Shown piece after piece: positions 20,458 through 30,680 of a stretch of 64,000 nt of DNA. Origin of the DNA: Candidatus Nanoarchaeia archaeon (GTDB lineage: Archaea; Nanobdellota; Nanobdellia; UBA10117); NCBI GenBank assembly GCA_049969975.1, contig JBMFNW010000001.1, positions 232-64,231 on the forward strand. The letters are read 5' to 3'. Within the stretch, counting starts at the first letter, position 1; each line of letters starts with the position of its first letter. The notes under the pieces are model-generated. The model was not told the origin of the DNA. It worked only from the letters and a program-made list of their open reading frames with translations, and did no database searches. The position numbers were made by a program, and so were the translations under genes.

Positions 20458-21839
20458 ATTTTGACACCCCTTAGCCTTAGCGAACCGCCACCATGTGAAA
20501 CAGGTATTCCTTGCATCGGCTCGCCCTTTCCACACGTGGCCGAGTGGAGCTCAAAATTACTGCCGACAGCATCGATTGCAGCATAAAGGGCAGGAGTTGT
20601 AATTTCTAAAGAAACAGGCTTAATTGCTTTTGTAATTTTTCCATTTTCAATTAAATATGCAATTGCGCTTGTGTATTTGTTATTATATCTTTTATCATCT
20701 ATGTTCCATTCCATGAAATTTTTAAAATAAATTCCTTTTTTTACATCTTCAATTAATTCTTCTTCTGTTTGTTCGCCAGGCTTGAAAAATGTATTAGACA
20801 TGCGCACTAATGGCTCTACAGCATAAGATGCTGCGCGTGCAGAACCATTGTTTTTTTGATTGAGAGCAGCAGAACTTTCTCTATTGTGTAGAAAACAATT
20901 TATTTTGCCTTCTTTTATTAAGTACTTCGGCTCAGCAGGAATCCCTTCATCATCATAAAGGTAAAAGCCATTACCATCTTTTATTGTTGGATCGTCTACA
21001 ACATTTACAAAATCTTTTGCTAATTGCATACCTAACATTTTTGGTTCGATCCAAGACTCTCCTGCTTGCGCAGCTTCGCGACCAAGAATGCGGTCAGCTT
21101 CGAATGGATGGCCGCAACTTTCATGTGCAATTATGCCAGAAACTTCTGGCCCAACAACTAGATCATATTTCCCAGGCGGTATTTTGTCGCCATTTATTAC
21201 TTTAAATAGTTCATTAGATTCTTCAGCCAGAACTTTGTTTAAATTTCTTTGTTCTAGAATTTCAAATCCGCCCGTTTTGCCATACTCCCACATTCGTTGC
21301 GCTAAGCCATTTCCTTTAAGTGTAAACAAATAAAAAACAGAAGCGCGCGGAATTCTAGATTTTATTTGCGAGCCTTCTGTGTTCAGAAAAAACCTTTCGT
21401 CTACGCAATCTGAATAAGAAATATATTTTTGCGCTGCATTTACTATGCTGCTGTCAAGCTGTTTTAAATAATCTATTTTTTCTTTTACACTCGTATCTAA
21501 AATTGGTTTGATTTCTTTTACAAAAAATTCAGCTTTGATCGGCTTTGCTGGCGTTAGCTTAATACTTGCCAATTTTTTATTTAATTTAGCAAAAGTATAC
21601 GCGAATTCAACAGCTTTTCTAATACTTTGCTCATCTAGTTTGTCTGTGTGTGCAAAGCCGAAAGTATTATTGACTAAAAGGCGAATACTTAAGCCTGTTT
21701 TTTCTTCAAAAGAGCTGCCTTGTAAAATTCCATTGACGAGCACAAAAGAACTGCCACAAATGTGTTGCATTCTGGCTTCAGCATATTCAACACCAAGTTT
21801 TTTAGTATGCTCAAGCACACGATCTAATAAAGCCTCCAT
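20454..21839 (-). CDS. tldD: TldD-family metallopeptidase
   Basis: HESCGH (HExxxH) motif and the YLYDDEGIPAEPK signature. The likely start MEALLDRVLEHTKK is at 21839. The track ORF is extended to 22004. Confidence 0.75.
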   Translation of the reverse strand: MEALLDRVLEHTKKLGVEYAEARMQHICGSSFVLVNGILQGSSFEEKTGLSIRLLVNNTFGFAHTDKLDEQSIRKAVEFAYTFAKLNKKLASIKLTPAKPIKAEFFVKEIKPILDTSVKEKIDYLKQLDSSIVNAAQKYISYSDCVDERFFLNTEGSQIKSRIPRASVFYLFTLKGNGLAQRMWEYGKTGGFEILEQRNLNKVLAEESNELFKVINGDKIPPGKYDLVVGPEVSGIIAHESCGHPFEADRILGREAAQAGESWIEPKMLGMQLAKDFVNVVDDPTIKDGNGFYLYDDEGIPAEPKYLIKEGKINCFLHNRESSAALNQKNNGSARAASYAVEPLVRMSNTFFKPGEQTEEELIEDVKKGIYFKNFMEWNIDDKRYNNKYTSAIAYLIENGKITKAIKPVSLEITTPALYAAIDAVGSNFELHSATCGKGEPMQGIPVSHGGGSLRLRGVKI

Positions 21840-21929
21840 TTTAAAACTTTGAAAAAACTTATTTATTAAATTTTTTGTAATTAGCAAACCTTTATATAAT
21901 AATATGCGCGAAAGGTAAAAGGTGGCGAA

Positions 21930-23186
21930 ATGGAAAAAGATGCGTGGCAATCTGCACAACAACAATTGCAAAATTTGGCAAAAGTTATGAAAATTGAAGA
22001 GCAATTTTACAATTCTCTGCGCGAGCCAGAAAAAATTTTGACTAAAAAATTAAAAATTAAACTCGATTCTGGCAAAGAGCAAGAATTTGAAGCTTGGCGA
22101 GTTCAATATAATTCTGCGCTTGGGCCATATAAAGGAGGAATTCGTTTTCACCCAGAAGAGAGCCTTAATACAATCAAAGCACTTGCTTTTTGGATGACTT
22201 GGAAATGTGCTGTTGCCGGACTTCCTTTTGGAGGTGCTAAAGGAGGAATAAAGTGCGATCCAAAAAATCTTAGTACAAATGAGCTGGAGAGACTAAGCAG
22301 AGCTTATGTACGAGCTTTTTGGAAAGAACTTGGTCAAGATAAAGATATTCCTGCACCAGATGTTGGTACATCTAGCCGAGAAATGGCTTGGATGCTTGAC
22401 GAATATGAAAAGCTTAAAGGAGTACATGAACCAGGATTTATAACAGGAAAGCCAATTTCTTTAGGCGGATCTAAAGGCAGAGAATCTGCAACAGGGCGAG
22501 GTGTTGCATATTCAATTGCCGAAGCAGCAAAGTTTCTGAAATTCGATTTAAGTAATGCAACGGCAGCAGTGCAAGGTTTTGGAAATGTTGGCTTTTGGTC
22601 TGCTAAATTGCTAAAAGATCTTTACAATGTTAAAATAATTGCGGTTTCAGATTCAAAAGGCGGAATTTATAACGAAGAAGGTCTTGATGTAGAAGCAGTG
22701 GCAAAATGGAAAGCTAAAAACGGCACTGTTTTGGGATTTCAAAATGCAAAACAAATCAGCAACGAAGAAATTTTGACTTTAAAATGCGATATTTTAGTAC
22801 CAGCTGCTCTCGAAGGCCAAATAAACGCAAAAATTGCAGAAAATTTGAAATGTAAGATACTTGCAGAAGCAGCAAACGGTCCAACTTTACCTGAAGCAGA
22901 TCCAATAATAGAAAAGAAGAATATTTTCTTAATTCCAGACATACTTTGCAATTCTGGCGGTGTTACGGTAAGTTATTTAGAATGGGTACAAAATAGAACA
23001 GGCTATTATTGGGAAGAGGAAGAAGTTTGCCAAAAACTTCAAAAAGTTATGTCTGGAGCTTTTGCAGAAGTGTTGAAAGAGCATTTAGAAAGAAAAATTT
23101 CTATGAGATTAGCAGCATTTGTCTCAGCCACACACAGATTGTTAGATGCCGTGCTTGCACGAGGCTTTGGAGGGAAAAATGCCTGA
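21930..23186 (+). CDS. gdhA: Glutamate dehydrogenase
   Basis: GDH signature KGGIRFHP, GGAKGG and the dinucleotide-binding GFGNVG. 418 aa. Confidence 0.9.
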   Translation: MEKDAWQSAQQQLQNLAKVMKIEEQFYNSLREPEKILTKKLKIKLDSGKEQEFEAWRVQYNSALGPYKGGIRFHPEESLNTIKALAFWMTWKCAVAGLPFGGAKGGIKCDPKNLSTNELERLSRAYVRAFWKELGQDKDIPAPDVGTSSREMAWMLDEYEKLKGVHEPGFITGKPISLGGSKGRESATGRGVAYSIAEAAKFLKFDLSNATAAVQGFGNVGFWSAKLLKDLYNVKIIAVSDSKGGIYNEEGLDVEAVAKWKAKNGTVLGFQNAKQISNEEILTLKCDILVPAALEGQINAKIAENLKCKILAEAANGPTLPEADPIIEKKNIFLIPDILCNSGGVTVSYLEWVQNRTGYYWEEEEVCQKLQKVMSGAFAEVLKEHLERKISMRLAAFVSATHRLLDAVLARGFGGKNA

Positions 23187-23712
23187 GTGTGTTTTTTGCA
23201 AAATTGCAAATGGTGAAATTCCGACGAGAATGATTTATAGCAGCAAAGACCTCTTAGCTTTTCTAGACATAAAACCTGCAAATCTTGGTCATGTGCTTGT
23301 TATTCCAAGGCAGCACTATACTTATTTGCCCCAAATACCGCAAGAGCTTAATGCAAGCCTTTTAGAACTAATAAAAGTTCTAATTAGTGCAGAAGTTGAG
23401 GCTTTGGGAGCAGAAGGAGTAAATGTGCTTCAAAATAATGGCTCAGCAGCTGGCCAAATAGTTCCACACGTTCATTTTCACATAATTCCAAGATTTAAAG
23501 ATGATAAAGTAGTTTTGGACTGGCAGCCGCTACAGTTCAAAGAAGAGCAATTCGAAGAGGTGCAAAAAAAGCTTATTGAAGGTGCAAAGGCTGCATTTGC
23601 AAAAACACAAATTCAAACATCTGAGCAAAGACCAGAAGAAGTAAAGACAGAAGTAGAAAAACGAGAAGAGACAAAAGGAAAAATAATTAAACTAAAACCA
23701 AAACATGCTTAG
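23179..23712 (+). CDS. HIT-family nucleotide hydrolase with K/E-rich C-terminal tail
   Basis: HVHFHIIPR histidine-triad motif. Start MPECVFCKIANGE at 23179, preceded by GGAGGG. Confidence 0.8.
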   Translation: MPECVFCKIANGEIPTRMIYSSKDLLAFLDIKPANLGHVLVIPRQHYTYLPQIPQELNASLLELIKVLISAEVEALGAEGVNVLQNNGSAAGQIVPHVHFHIIPRFKDDKVVLDWQPLQFKEEQFEEVQKKLIEGAKAAFAKTQIQTSEQRPEEVKTEVEKREETKGKIIKLKPKHA

Positions 23713-24540
23713 GAAAGCATAAAAAAGATCTACTTTTAGCAAAGACATTAGTAATGCAGCAAATAGTGCTGGTACATAAGGAATGCCATCTTTAACTTTT
23801 ACTTCTTTTAATTTGCCCGCTTTTTCAAGCTCTATGAGAGCGCGAATATCTTGTGCCTCTACACCAATTTTCTTTGGTTTATAAACAAAATTATCAAGGA
23901 CAATTTCATCTACAATCCAATCACCCTCAACAAGTTGGCTAGGTTTTAATTTTTTAAAGAAGCACTCTTCTTCAAAAGTTTTGAACAGAAAAACAGAAAA
24001 TATAAGAAATGCAACGAATAAAATAAATAAAATTTGACTAATTAGCATACTAAAAATGCTTAATATTATAAGAGAAGATGTGCCAAAAGCTAGTATGATT
24101 TTTATTTTTTTATTTTTTTGAATTTTTGATACAATTGCTTTTCTATTTCGCCAAAGAAGCAGAACCATTCCTGCAATACCAAATATTGCACCAAATATGA
24201 GCGCATTTAGCCAAAAAGAAAAAAGAGCAGGCCAAATTGCAATAGGCTCTGCTGGGCCAAGCACTGCGCCAAGACCACTAACGAGTTTAACATCGCCACC
24301 TCCCCAAGCACCAATGCGATAAAGAAAATAGCCTGCACCGAAAAAAATGGCTGCACCTAACAAAGCTTTTACAAAAGGCCAAGGGCTCGTTTGATTTATT
24401 GATACAGCCGCATTTCCCAGTAAACCAATTGCAAGAAGAGCATATGAAGACCAATCAGGTATTAATTTTGTTTTAAGATCGGATATTGTTGCAATTGCTG
24501 TTAAAATTATTGCCACACAAATTAGTGCAAAGCTAAGCAT
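23692..24540 (-). CDS. A24-family prepilin/preflagellin peptidase (PibD/FlaK-like) with extra C-terminal domain
   Basis: Polytopic membrane N-terminal half with GAWGGGDVKLVSGLG (the conserved GGGDxK catalytic Asp motif of A24 peptidases) and an earlier Asp (LIPDW). About 90 aa of additional soluble C-terminus. Confidence 0.7.
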   Translation of the reverse strand: MLSFALICVAIILTAIATISDLKTKLIPDWSSYALLAIGLLGNAAVSINQTSPWPFVKALLGAAIFFGAGYFLYRIGAWGGGDVKLVSGLGAVLGPAEPIAIWPALFSFWLNALIFGAIFGIAGMVLLLWRNRKAIVSKIQKNKKIKIILAFGTSSLIILSIFSMLISQILFILFVAFLIFSVFLFKTFEEECFFKKLKPSQLVEGDWIVDEIVLDNFVYKPKKIGVEAQDIRALIELEKAGKLKEVKVKDGIPYVPALFAALLMSLLKVDLFYAFLSMFWF

Positions 24541-24546
24541 TTTAAC

Positions 24547-25026
24547 CTACTTTTCACCCTGCCAATGGCCATTATAAAGCATTTTTGCTCGTTCTTTATT
24601 GTCTATAAAAATAAGTTGCACCCAAGCTTCATCAACGTGTATTTTAGCTGTTTTGACAGCAACAAATATTGTTTGTGTACCAAAACCACGATAGCCAGAA
24701 TCCCAAACAGCACTTTCTGCTTTTATTATGCCAAGCCTATTGAATGTGGATCGCGGAAAAGTCAAACCAGTGGCTTCCGGCGGTATTGTTATTTCATTTG
24801 CAAGTCTTATTTCATAAATTCCTCTTTTGAGTTCCCAAAAACCATCTTTTGGTTCGACTTTTATTTTTGGCGGACTAATCATCCTATTTTGCCCATGCAC
24901 TAGTACTTCTGCATTTTCTGGAATGCGCCAAATTTCTGAAATTTTTATATCAACTCCATTGGGATTTATTTTAATTGGTTGGCCTTTTACATATTTAGCA
25001 ACATCTTCGCCTAGCCAGACAGCCAT
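24547..25026 (-). CDS. dCTP deaminase/dUTPase-family protein
   Basis: 159 aa with the VWDSGYRG (G..D.GY.G) motif typical of the dUTPase/dCD superfamily. Confidence 0.65.
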   Translation of the reverse strand: MAVWLGEDVAKYVKGQPIKINPNGVDIKISEIWRIPENAEVLVHGQNRMISPPKIKVEPKDGFWELKRGIYEIRLANEITIPPEATGLTFPRSTFNRLGIIKAESAVWDSGYRGFGTQTIFVAVKTAKIHVDEAWVQLIFIDNKERAKMLYNGHWQGEK

Positions 25027-25027
25027 T

Positions 25028-26038
25028 TTAGCTTTCGTCTTTAATACCTTCAGCTGTTAGCATAAATACTACTTCGCCTTCTGGTAAATGCGGGCTATCG
25101 ATTAAACGAGCAATTCTTTTTTCTCCTTTTGCTTTTCTTAAATAAATTCGATACGTTGAGCCGTGGCCCACAATATTGCCTCCTATCGCTTGTGTTGGGT
25201 TGCCAAAAAAGATTGCAGGATTTGCCATGACTTGATTTGTGACAAACACAGCCAAATTATGCGTATCAGCAAGTTTTTGCAGCGTGTGTATGTGACGATT
25301 TAGCCTCTGCTGCCTGTCTGCCAAATTTCCTCTACCCGCATATTCAGAACGGAATAATGCTGTGAGCGAATCTACAACAATTAATCTAATGTTTAAATTT
25401 TCTTTCCTAATTGCTTCATCAATTTTTTCAGCAAGAAGCATTTGATGGTCTGAACTATATGCTCGCGCCACTTTTATGTTTTGTAAAGTCTTAATTGGGT
25501 CTAGATTTTGTGCAAGTGCAAGCTGCCTTATTCTTTCAGGTCTAAATGTTCCCTCAGTATCAATAAATGCTACTTGGCCTTCTAAACCTCCTCGTTCTTT
25601 AGGAAGTTGAACGTTTACCGAAAGTTGAAATGCTAGTTGTGTTTTTGAACTTCCAAACTCTCCAAATGCTTCGGTAATTGCTCTAGTTTCTATGCCGCCA
25701 CCCAAAAGACCGTCAAGCACTTTACTTCCAGTTGTAATTCTTTCTGTTTTTTCACGCTCTTTTAAAACTTCATCGCCTGTTTTGAAACCTATTTTAATAG
25801 CTGAGCGAGCAATTTGAATGGCTTTTAAAGCAGTTTCTTTTGAAAGTTCTGCAGCCTCTGCTAATAGCTGTGGCGATGCTACTGCTAGCGACACAAGATC
25901 TGTTATTCCTGCAGCATAAAGCTTTTCTGCAGTTGCTTTGCTTATGCCCGGCAAATCTTCTATTTTTTTAATTTCGCTTTCTTCAACAATTTCATTTTTT
26001 TCATCATTTTCATCAGTTTTTTTCACCATTTTACTCAT
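25028..26038 (-). CDS. radA: DNA repair and recombination protein RadA
   Basis: N-terminal HhH ([20 protein letters not shown]), Walker [10 protein letters not shown] and a RecA/Rad51 core. 336 aa. Confidence 0.85.
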   Translation of the reverse strand: MSKMVKKTDENDEKNEIVEESEIKKIEDLPGISKATAEKLYAAGITDLVSLAVASPQLLAEAAELSKETALKAIQIARSAIKIGFKTGDEVLKEREKTERITTGSKVLDGLLGGGIETRAITEAFGEFGSSKTQLAFQLSVNVQLPKERGGLEGQVAFIDTEGTFRPERIRQLALAQNLDPIKTLQNIKVARAYSSDHQMLLAEKIDEAIRKENLNIRLIVVDSLTALFRSEYAGRGNLADRQQRLNRHIHTLQKLADTHNLAVFVTNQVMANPAIFFGNPTQAIGGNIVGHGSTYRIYLRKAKGEKRIARLIDSPHLPEGEVVFMLTAEGIKDES

Positions 26039-27020
26039 TTTGTTTTATTTGCCCATTTAATTTACTCATTAATTCTACTATAATATCTTTTGGATTTGGA
26101 TTTGGCTGTATTTCAAATATTGCAAATTCAAGTCTGTCTGAAATTTTACTTTTGCGAACAGTACCTTTAGCAAGAATTGTTTTTCCTAAAAGAGCATGTT
26201 GTAAGTTTTCCAAAATTTCCAAATCAGGCTTACATTCGATTCCAGTGCAGGACCATAGCAGCTCAGCGTTTTTACCAAATGCGCTGGCTCTGATCACTCC
26301 AGTGCCATCGTCTAAGTAAAAACTTATTAAAAGTCTTTTTTGTGGATCTATTACTTTATGTATTGGACAAACAAAACCTTCTGGTGCAAGGACTGCTTTT
26401 TTGCCACAAGTTGGACAAATAGGGAACCATTTTGGCGGGAATATTTTTACTATTTCAGCAAGAATTTCTGCTTTTTGACCTAAAGCCAAGTCCGAAATTG
26501 TTTTTTTTGGAATAAGGCATTCTGCAGAGCTGTCTAAAAAGGATATAATAGTACGATTTCCTGCGTGAAGTTCGTTCATACCAGCAGCATTTTGTTTAAC
26601 TTGTGCATATTTTATTTTTATTTTGCCTTTTATTTTACCTTCTTTTAGCAAATTTACTTTATCATCCCACAAAACAACTCGTATTTCACCACTTTCATCA
26701 CGAAGTAAAAAAGAGCCAACTTCTTTAGCTTCGTTTCCTTTTGTGTAAGGAATAATGCGGAATGTTCTATCAACATAGCCTTCAACATCTACGAGGCCTA
26801 TGCCAGGAACAAGATCAGAAATTTTCCAAGTTTTGCTTTGTGGTTGATTTAATAAGTTTATTCCAAGTTCTGATGCTACTATAAATGCAGCACCTTCTTC
26901 AGAAACAAGCCCTTTGAGTTCAGATATTTTTGCTTGTATTTTTTCTTTTATTTCGCTTTCTGGCAAGCCGGATTCTTCTCTTATTTTTTCAATTATTTTG
27001 CTTATTGGTATTTTAAGCAT
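26031..27020 (-). CDS. OB-fold ssDNA-binding protein (RPA-like) with C-terminal zinc ribbon
   Basis: OB-fold-like beta-rich middle region and CPTCGKK...CPIHK zinc ribbon. Adjacent to radA. Identity tentative. Confidence 0.4.
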   Translation of the reverse strand: MLKIPISKIIEKIREESGLPESEIKEKIQAKISELKGLVSEEGAAFIVASELGINLLNQPQSKTWKISDLVPGIGLVDVEGYVDRTFRIIPYTKGNEAKEVGSFLLRDESGEIRVVLWDDKVNLLKEGKIKGKIKIKYAQVKQNAAGMNELHAGNRTIISFLDSSAECLIPKKTISDLALGQKAEILAEIVKIFPPKWFPICPTCGKKAVLAPEGFVCPIHKVIDPQKRLLISFYLDDGTGVIRASAFGKNAELLWSCTGIECKPDLEILENLQHALLGKTILAKGTVRKSKISDRLEFAIFEIQPNPNPKDIIVELMSKLNGQIKQNE

Positions 27021-27095
27021 TAGTTTTAAGTTTTGAGTAAGAAATATAAGTTTTTGTTTAGTGAACAAAGCATTTGTAAAAATAAAGCGTAAAAA

Positions 27096-28436
27096 TTAAA
27101 GTGCTAACCCATAAGCTCGAAGCGTTTCTCTTATTGCTGTTGGATCCTCACCACCATGCCAAGACATTTTTGGCCTGACCCGCATTGGAAATATTCTCTC
27201 TAATTTGTCATCTATGAGGACCGCAGTGCCTTTGTCTGGTGGAAGCTCGTCTATGTATTTTTGAATTGCGTATGGCAAATATGTTGCAGCTATTAAATTT
27301 AGAGCTTCTATATCTATTTTTGCGGTTAGTCTATGAGATATTACAATATCTGCTTGGGTCATTACATCTGTATGAATTTTGCCTGGCTGTTGTGTTGCTA
27401 AAACAAGCGAAATTCCTGGCTGCCTGCCTTCTCTTAAGATTTTTATGAGCGGTTCTGAAGCCAAAGTTTGTTTTTCAGTTTCTTTTGGTAAAAATTCGTG
27501 TGCTTCGTCAATGAAAATCCAAACAAGTGGAGCTTTGGCTTCTGTAACTGCTGCTTCTTCGCCAAATATAAAACCGCCTTCGGAAATTAATTTAATTTCT
27601 TCAGCTTTTCTTGCAGCCATTCTTTGCTCAAGTATTTTTTTGCATACCAATCCAATTACAAGCGCTTTAATACGATCTCCACCTTCAAGTTGTGCATACG
27701 CCGAAAGATCTAAAATTGTCGTCGTACCGCCCCTAAATAGTTCTGTAATTGGTGTACCTTCTTTCTTAAATAAACCCCATCTTTTAGCTGCTTGAAATCT
27801 ATTTTCAACAATATTTTTTTCTTCAGTGCTCGATCTAGAATCTTGTTTAGCACACTCAATAAGTTCATCGATATCAAAATCTTCTCCATATTTTTCTCGA
27901 GCAGCCTCTAATGCGCGATCGATGAGAGTTCCAGGACCAGATATTAAATCAAGGTCAAAAATTTCACACCAACTATCTGCACTTACTTCTGAAGGTTTTA
28001 TTGCAAACGGAAAATCTACAGGCACGCCTTGGCTTTGATAATTTTCATAAAGGCCGAAAGGAACATATACTAAAGGTGAATAGTTTTTCGGTCTTAAACC
28101 CCATTCTCGAAGCAATGCATCATCTCTGTAATTAGGGTATTTCATTGTCCAAAAAATACCCATCGTATCAAAAATTAAGCCCGCAATGTTTGTAGAAATA
28201 TTTGGAGGCAAGTCAACAATACCTTCAGCAATAACTGAAAGCGTGTAGCTTTTACCACTCCCTCGCTTGCCACAAACCAAAATAACGTGCGGATTTGCAA
28301 CATCTAAATAAATTGGATTTGCAAGGCTTACTGTGCTGTCAAAGCTTACATAGTTTTTACCTAAGAAAATTGTACCTGCAAGGCCAAGCTTTTCTAGTTG
28401 TTTTGGTGTCCTGCCAGCAACAATCTCATAAGCCAT
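27096..28436 (-). CDS. HerA/FtsK-superfamily P-loop ATPase (DUF87-like)
   Basis: Walker A VCGKRGSGKS and a late LATQQP block. The likely start MAYEIVAG is at 28436. The track ORF runs on to 28688, across a plus-strand tRNA-Ser, which cannot be real. Confidence 0.55.
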   Translation of the reverse strand: MAYEIVAGRTPKQLEKLGLAGTIFLGKNYVSFDSTVSLANPIYLDVANPHVILVCGKRGSGKSYTLSVIAEGIVDLPPNISTNIAGLIFDTMGIFWTMKYPNYRDDALLREWGLRPKNYSPLVYVPFGLYENYQSQGVPVDFPFAIKPSEVSADSWCEIFDLDLISGPGTLIDRALEAAREKYGEDFDIDELIECAKQDSRSSTEEKNIVENRFQAAKRWGLFKKEGTPITELFRGGTTTILDLSAYAQLEGGDRIKALVIGLVCKKILEQRMAARKAEEIKLISEGGFIFGEEAAVTEAKAPLVWIFIDEAHEFLPKETEKQTLASEPLIKILREGRQPGISLVLATQQPGKIHTDVMTQADIVISHRLTAKIDIEALNLIAATYLPYAIQKYIDELPPDKGTAVLIDDKLERIFPMRVRPKMSWHGGEDPTAIRETLRAYGLAL

Positions 28437-28496
28437 GTGTAAAGCAAACAAGTCCAAAATAAAAGGCTTTTTAAGATCAATTTTAATTAAAATTCT

Positions 28497-28580
28497 GCCG
28501 GCGTGGCAGAACCAGGTAATGCGTACGCCTCGAGAGCGTATGCCCGCAAGGGCTTCCAGGTTCAAATCCTGGCGCCGGCG
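28497..28580 (+). tRNA. tRNA-Ser (CGA), type II
   Basis: Acceptor GCCGGCG/CGCCGGC with discriminator G. Anticodon stem TACGC/GCGTA with loop CTCGAGA. Long variable arm GCCCGCAAGGGC. Canonical T-arm CCAGG-TTCAAAT-CCTGG. Confidence 0.7.
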
Positions 28581-28643
28581 CTTCAGCACAATGGTTTTAA
28601 AGAAAAGAGCAAAGATTTTAAATAAAGATTTTCTATAATTAAT

Positions 28644-28859
28644 ATGGCCAAAGAAGTTGTTGAAAAAAAAGTTAAGTTTTTTGGGCACGAAATTGTGCTG
28701 ACTTTTGTTGGTTCTTTAGTAATAACTTTCGGTATGTTGCTAATGTCTTTCGAGATTCAGCCCATGCTTTTGACTTGGCTTTTAGCTACAATGTTTGTTT
28801 GGCTAGGCCTTTTGGTATTTCTGTTCCCAATAATTAGAAAAATAGAAAAACTGCTTTAG
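28644..28859 (+). CDS. Small membrane protein (hypothetical)
   Basis: 71 aa with two hydrophobic helices. Confidence 0.35.
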   Translation: MAKEVVEKKVKFFGHEIVLTFVGSLVITFGMLLMSFEIQPMLLTWLLATMFVWLGLLVFLFPIIRKIEKLL

Positions 28860-28863
28860 TAGC

Positions 28864-29238
28864 TTAACTTTCAACTAATTTTATTTTTAGTACTTTTTCA
28901 ATTTTTTTTGCAAAAGGTATTTCAAGCCTTTTGCCAGCTTCAGCTAACTTTAGCACATTTAAAGGAATGCTCAATTTAGCCGCAAATTCTTCTTGATTTA
29001 AGCCAGCGGCTGAGCGCGCTTGTTTTATGAGCTGTGCATAATTTGGTACCAAAGATTCTTGTTGATTTTCTAAATGCTCAACTATTTTAAAGCTTGGTTG
29101 GCTAGATTGTGTTTGTACTTTAGGCATTTCGATAAGTACTCCAAATTGAGCACAGCTTTCGCACACAGAAAGAATTGTGCTATTTATTTTAACTTTTGCT
29201 TTTGCTGGATTTTCTCCACAAACTTCACACATTCGCAT
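28864..29238 (-). CDS. MBF1-like transcription cofactor (Zn ribbon plus cro/C1-type HTH)
   Basis: N-terminal CEVCG...CESC zinc ribbon. C-terminal LIKQARSAAGLNQEEFAAKLSIPLNVLKLAEAG XRE-type HTH. This is the architecture of archaeal MBF1. Confidence 0.6.
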   Translation of the reverse strand: MRMCEVCGENPAKAKVKINSTILSVCESCAQFGVLIEMPKVQTQSSQPSFKIVEHLENQQESLVPNYAQLIKQARSAAGLNQEEFAAKLSIPLNVLKLAEAGKRLEIPFAKKIEKVLKIKLVES

Positions 29239-29271
29239 AAATATTATTAAGGCACAGAGATTTAAAATATT

Positions 29272-29949
29272 ATGGGTATTAAAACAAAGTTTTGTGCTAT
29301 GTGTGGGATTGAAAGCGAGATTTTGCTCAATTCTCTTTGTCCTGAATGTTTTTTTAAGAAAATAAAAATTGCTTTACCAAAAGAAATAGTACTTTATGCT
29401 TGTCCTCTATGCGATGCTGTTTTGTACAAAGGTATATGGTATGAAAGTTACTCACAACATGAAGAGTTTTTTATAAAAGAAATTTTAGACAGGCTAAAAT
29501 TGCCAGCAGGCGTAGAGCTGGACGATATTAAAATTTTACAAGAAGGTGAAGAAGGAAAAGTAGAGTTAGACTTATCAATTGCTGGAAAACGTTTTACAAC
29601 AATAATTCCAATTGGACTTTATATAACAGATAAGCTTTGCGCGCGAGATGCGGCAAAAGGAAGAAAGAGCTATGAAGGAATTTTACAACTCAGAGGGGAT
29701 TTAAGAAAAATAGATGAAATTATTGGGATGCTTAGTTCGGATAAAATTTTAGACGAGATTTTAGAAATAAAACAATCCAAACATGGTGCAGACATTTATT
29801 TTATAACAACAGAAGCGCTTAGAAGTTCTGTAGCTTTGTTAAAACGCAAATATAAATTTAGAACAAAAGAAAGTTCAAAAGCTTATAGCTGGGATAGAAG
29901 TAAAAACAGGCCAAAATATAAAATAACTATTTTGGCTATGTTAGAATAA
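29272..29949 (+). CDS. NMD3-family-like zinc-ribbon protein
   Basis: The N-terminal CAMCG...LCPECF...CPLCD arrangement resembles the NMD3 N-terminal domain. 225 aa. Confidence 0.4.
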   Translation: MGIKTKFCAMCGIESEILLNSLCPECFFKKIKIALPKEIVLYACPLCDAVLYKGIWYESYSQHEEFFIKEILDRLKLPAGVELDDIKILQEGEEGKVELDLSIAGKRFTTIIPIGLYITDKLCARDAAKGRKSYEGILQLRGDLRKIDEIIGMLSSDKILDEILEIKQSKHGADIYFITTEALRSSVALLKRKYKFRTKESSKAYSWDRSKNRPKYKITILAMLE

Positions 29950-29958
29950 AATTTAGAA

Positions 29959-30348
29959 ATGAAATATTTGCGAGCACAAGATGTTGAGCAAAGAATTGCA
30001 GATATAGTTAGAGTATTAAATATGCAACATTTAGACACGAAAAGAATATTTTGCTTTAGAAGCTATGGTACAAGTTCTAAAGCAATTGCGAGATGTTATG
30101 GCTTGAGTAAAATATGGCAAGCAGCATTGCAAGCAAAACCAGCATATATCATTGAAGTTATAGCAGAACGATTTGACAATTTACCTATCGAAGAGCAAAC
30201 CAAAGTTTTAATACATGAGCTTTTGCACATACCTAAAGCTTTTGGTGGCGGCTTTAGGCATCACGATTTTGTTTGCCAGCGCAACGTCGAACATTTTTAT
30301 ATGTTATATATGCAATTGCGAAAGTCTTGCGAAAGTCTTTTTAAATAA
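29959..30348 (+). CDS. Putative zinc metallopeptidase-like protein (HExxH)
   Basis: 129 aa with a single IHELLHIP motif. Family unclear. Confidence 0.35.
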   Translation: MKYLRAQDVEQRIADIVRVLNMQHLDTKRIFCFRSYGTSSKAIARCYGLSKIWQAALQAKPAYIIEVIAERFDNLPIEEQTKVLIHELLHIPKAFGGGFRHHDFVCQRNVEHFYMLYMQLRKSCESLFK

Positions 30349-30365
30349 AATTTAAGCATTTTTTC

Positions 30366-30680
30366 ATGAATAAAGAAATTGAGCAAGCAGAGACCAAAGT
30401 TAGGCTGCCAAAGGAAAAAGAAGTTTTGGGAATAGTAGAAACTAGACTTGGTTTTGGAAAATCTAGAGTTGTTTGTTCAGATGGTAAAGTCAGAATTTGT
30501 AGAGTACCCGGGCATCTTCAACGCACTTTATATGTTCGACCAGATAATATTGTAATAGTAAAACCTTGGGAATTTGAAGGCGATAAAAAAGGCGATATTC
30601 TTTATGTTTATACAAGTAATCAAGTTGCTTGGCTAAAGCGAAACAACTATCTTAAAACTTTGCTCAAGGAAGAATTCTAA
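30366..30680 (+). CDS. eif1a: Translation initiation factor 1A (aIF-1A)
   Basis: S1-like OB fold (GKSRVVCSDGKVRICRVPGHL...LYVRPDNIVIVKPWEF) and typical length. Its stop overlaps the next start as TAATG. Confidence 0.8.
   Translation: MNKEIEQAETKVRLPKEKEVLGIVETRLGFGKSRVVCSDGKVRICRVPGHLQRTLYVRPDNIVIVKPWEFEGDKKGDILYVYTSNQVAWLKRNNYLKTLLKEEF

Noticed and set aside
28436-28688. N-terminal 84 codons of the ORF 27096..28688
   Set aside because: This extension runs antisense across a well-formed tRNA-Ser (28497..28580). A Walker-A-containing protein starts plausibly at the internal Met at 28436.
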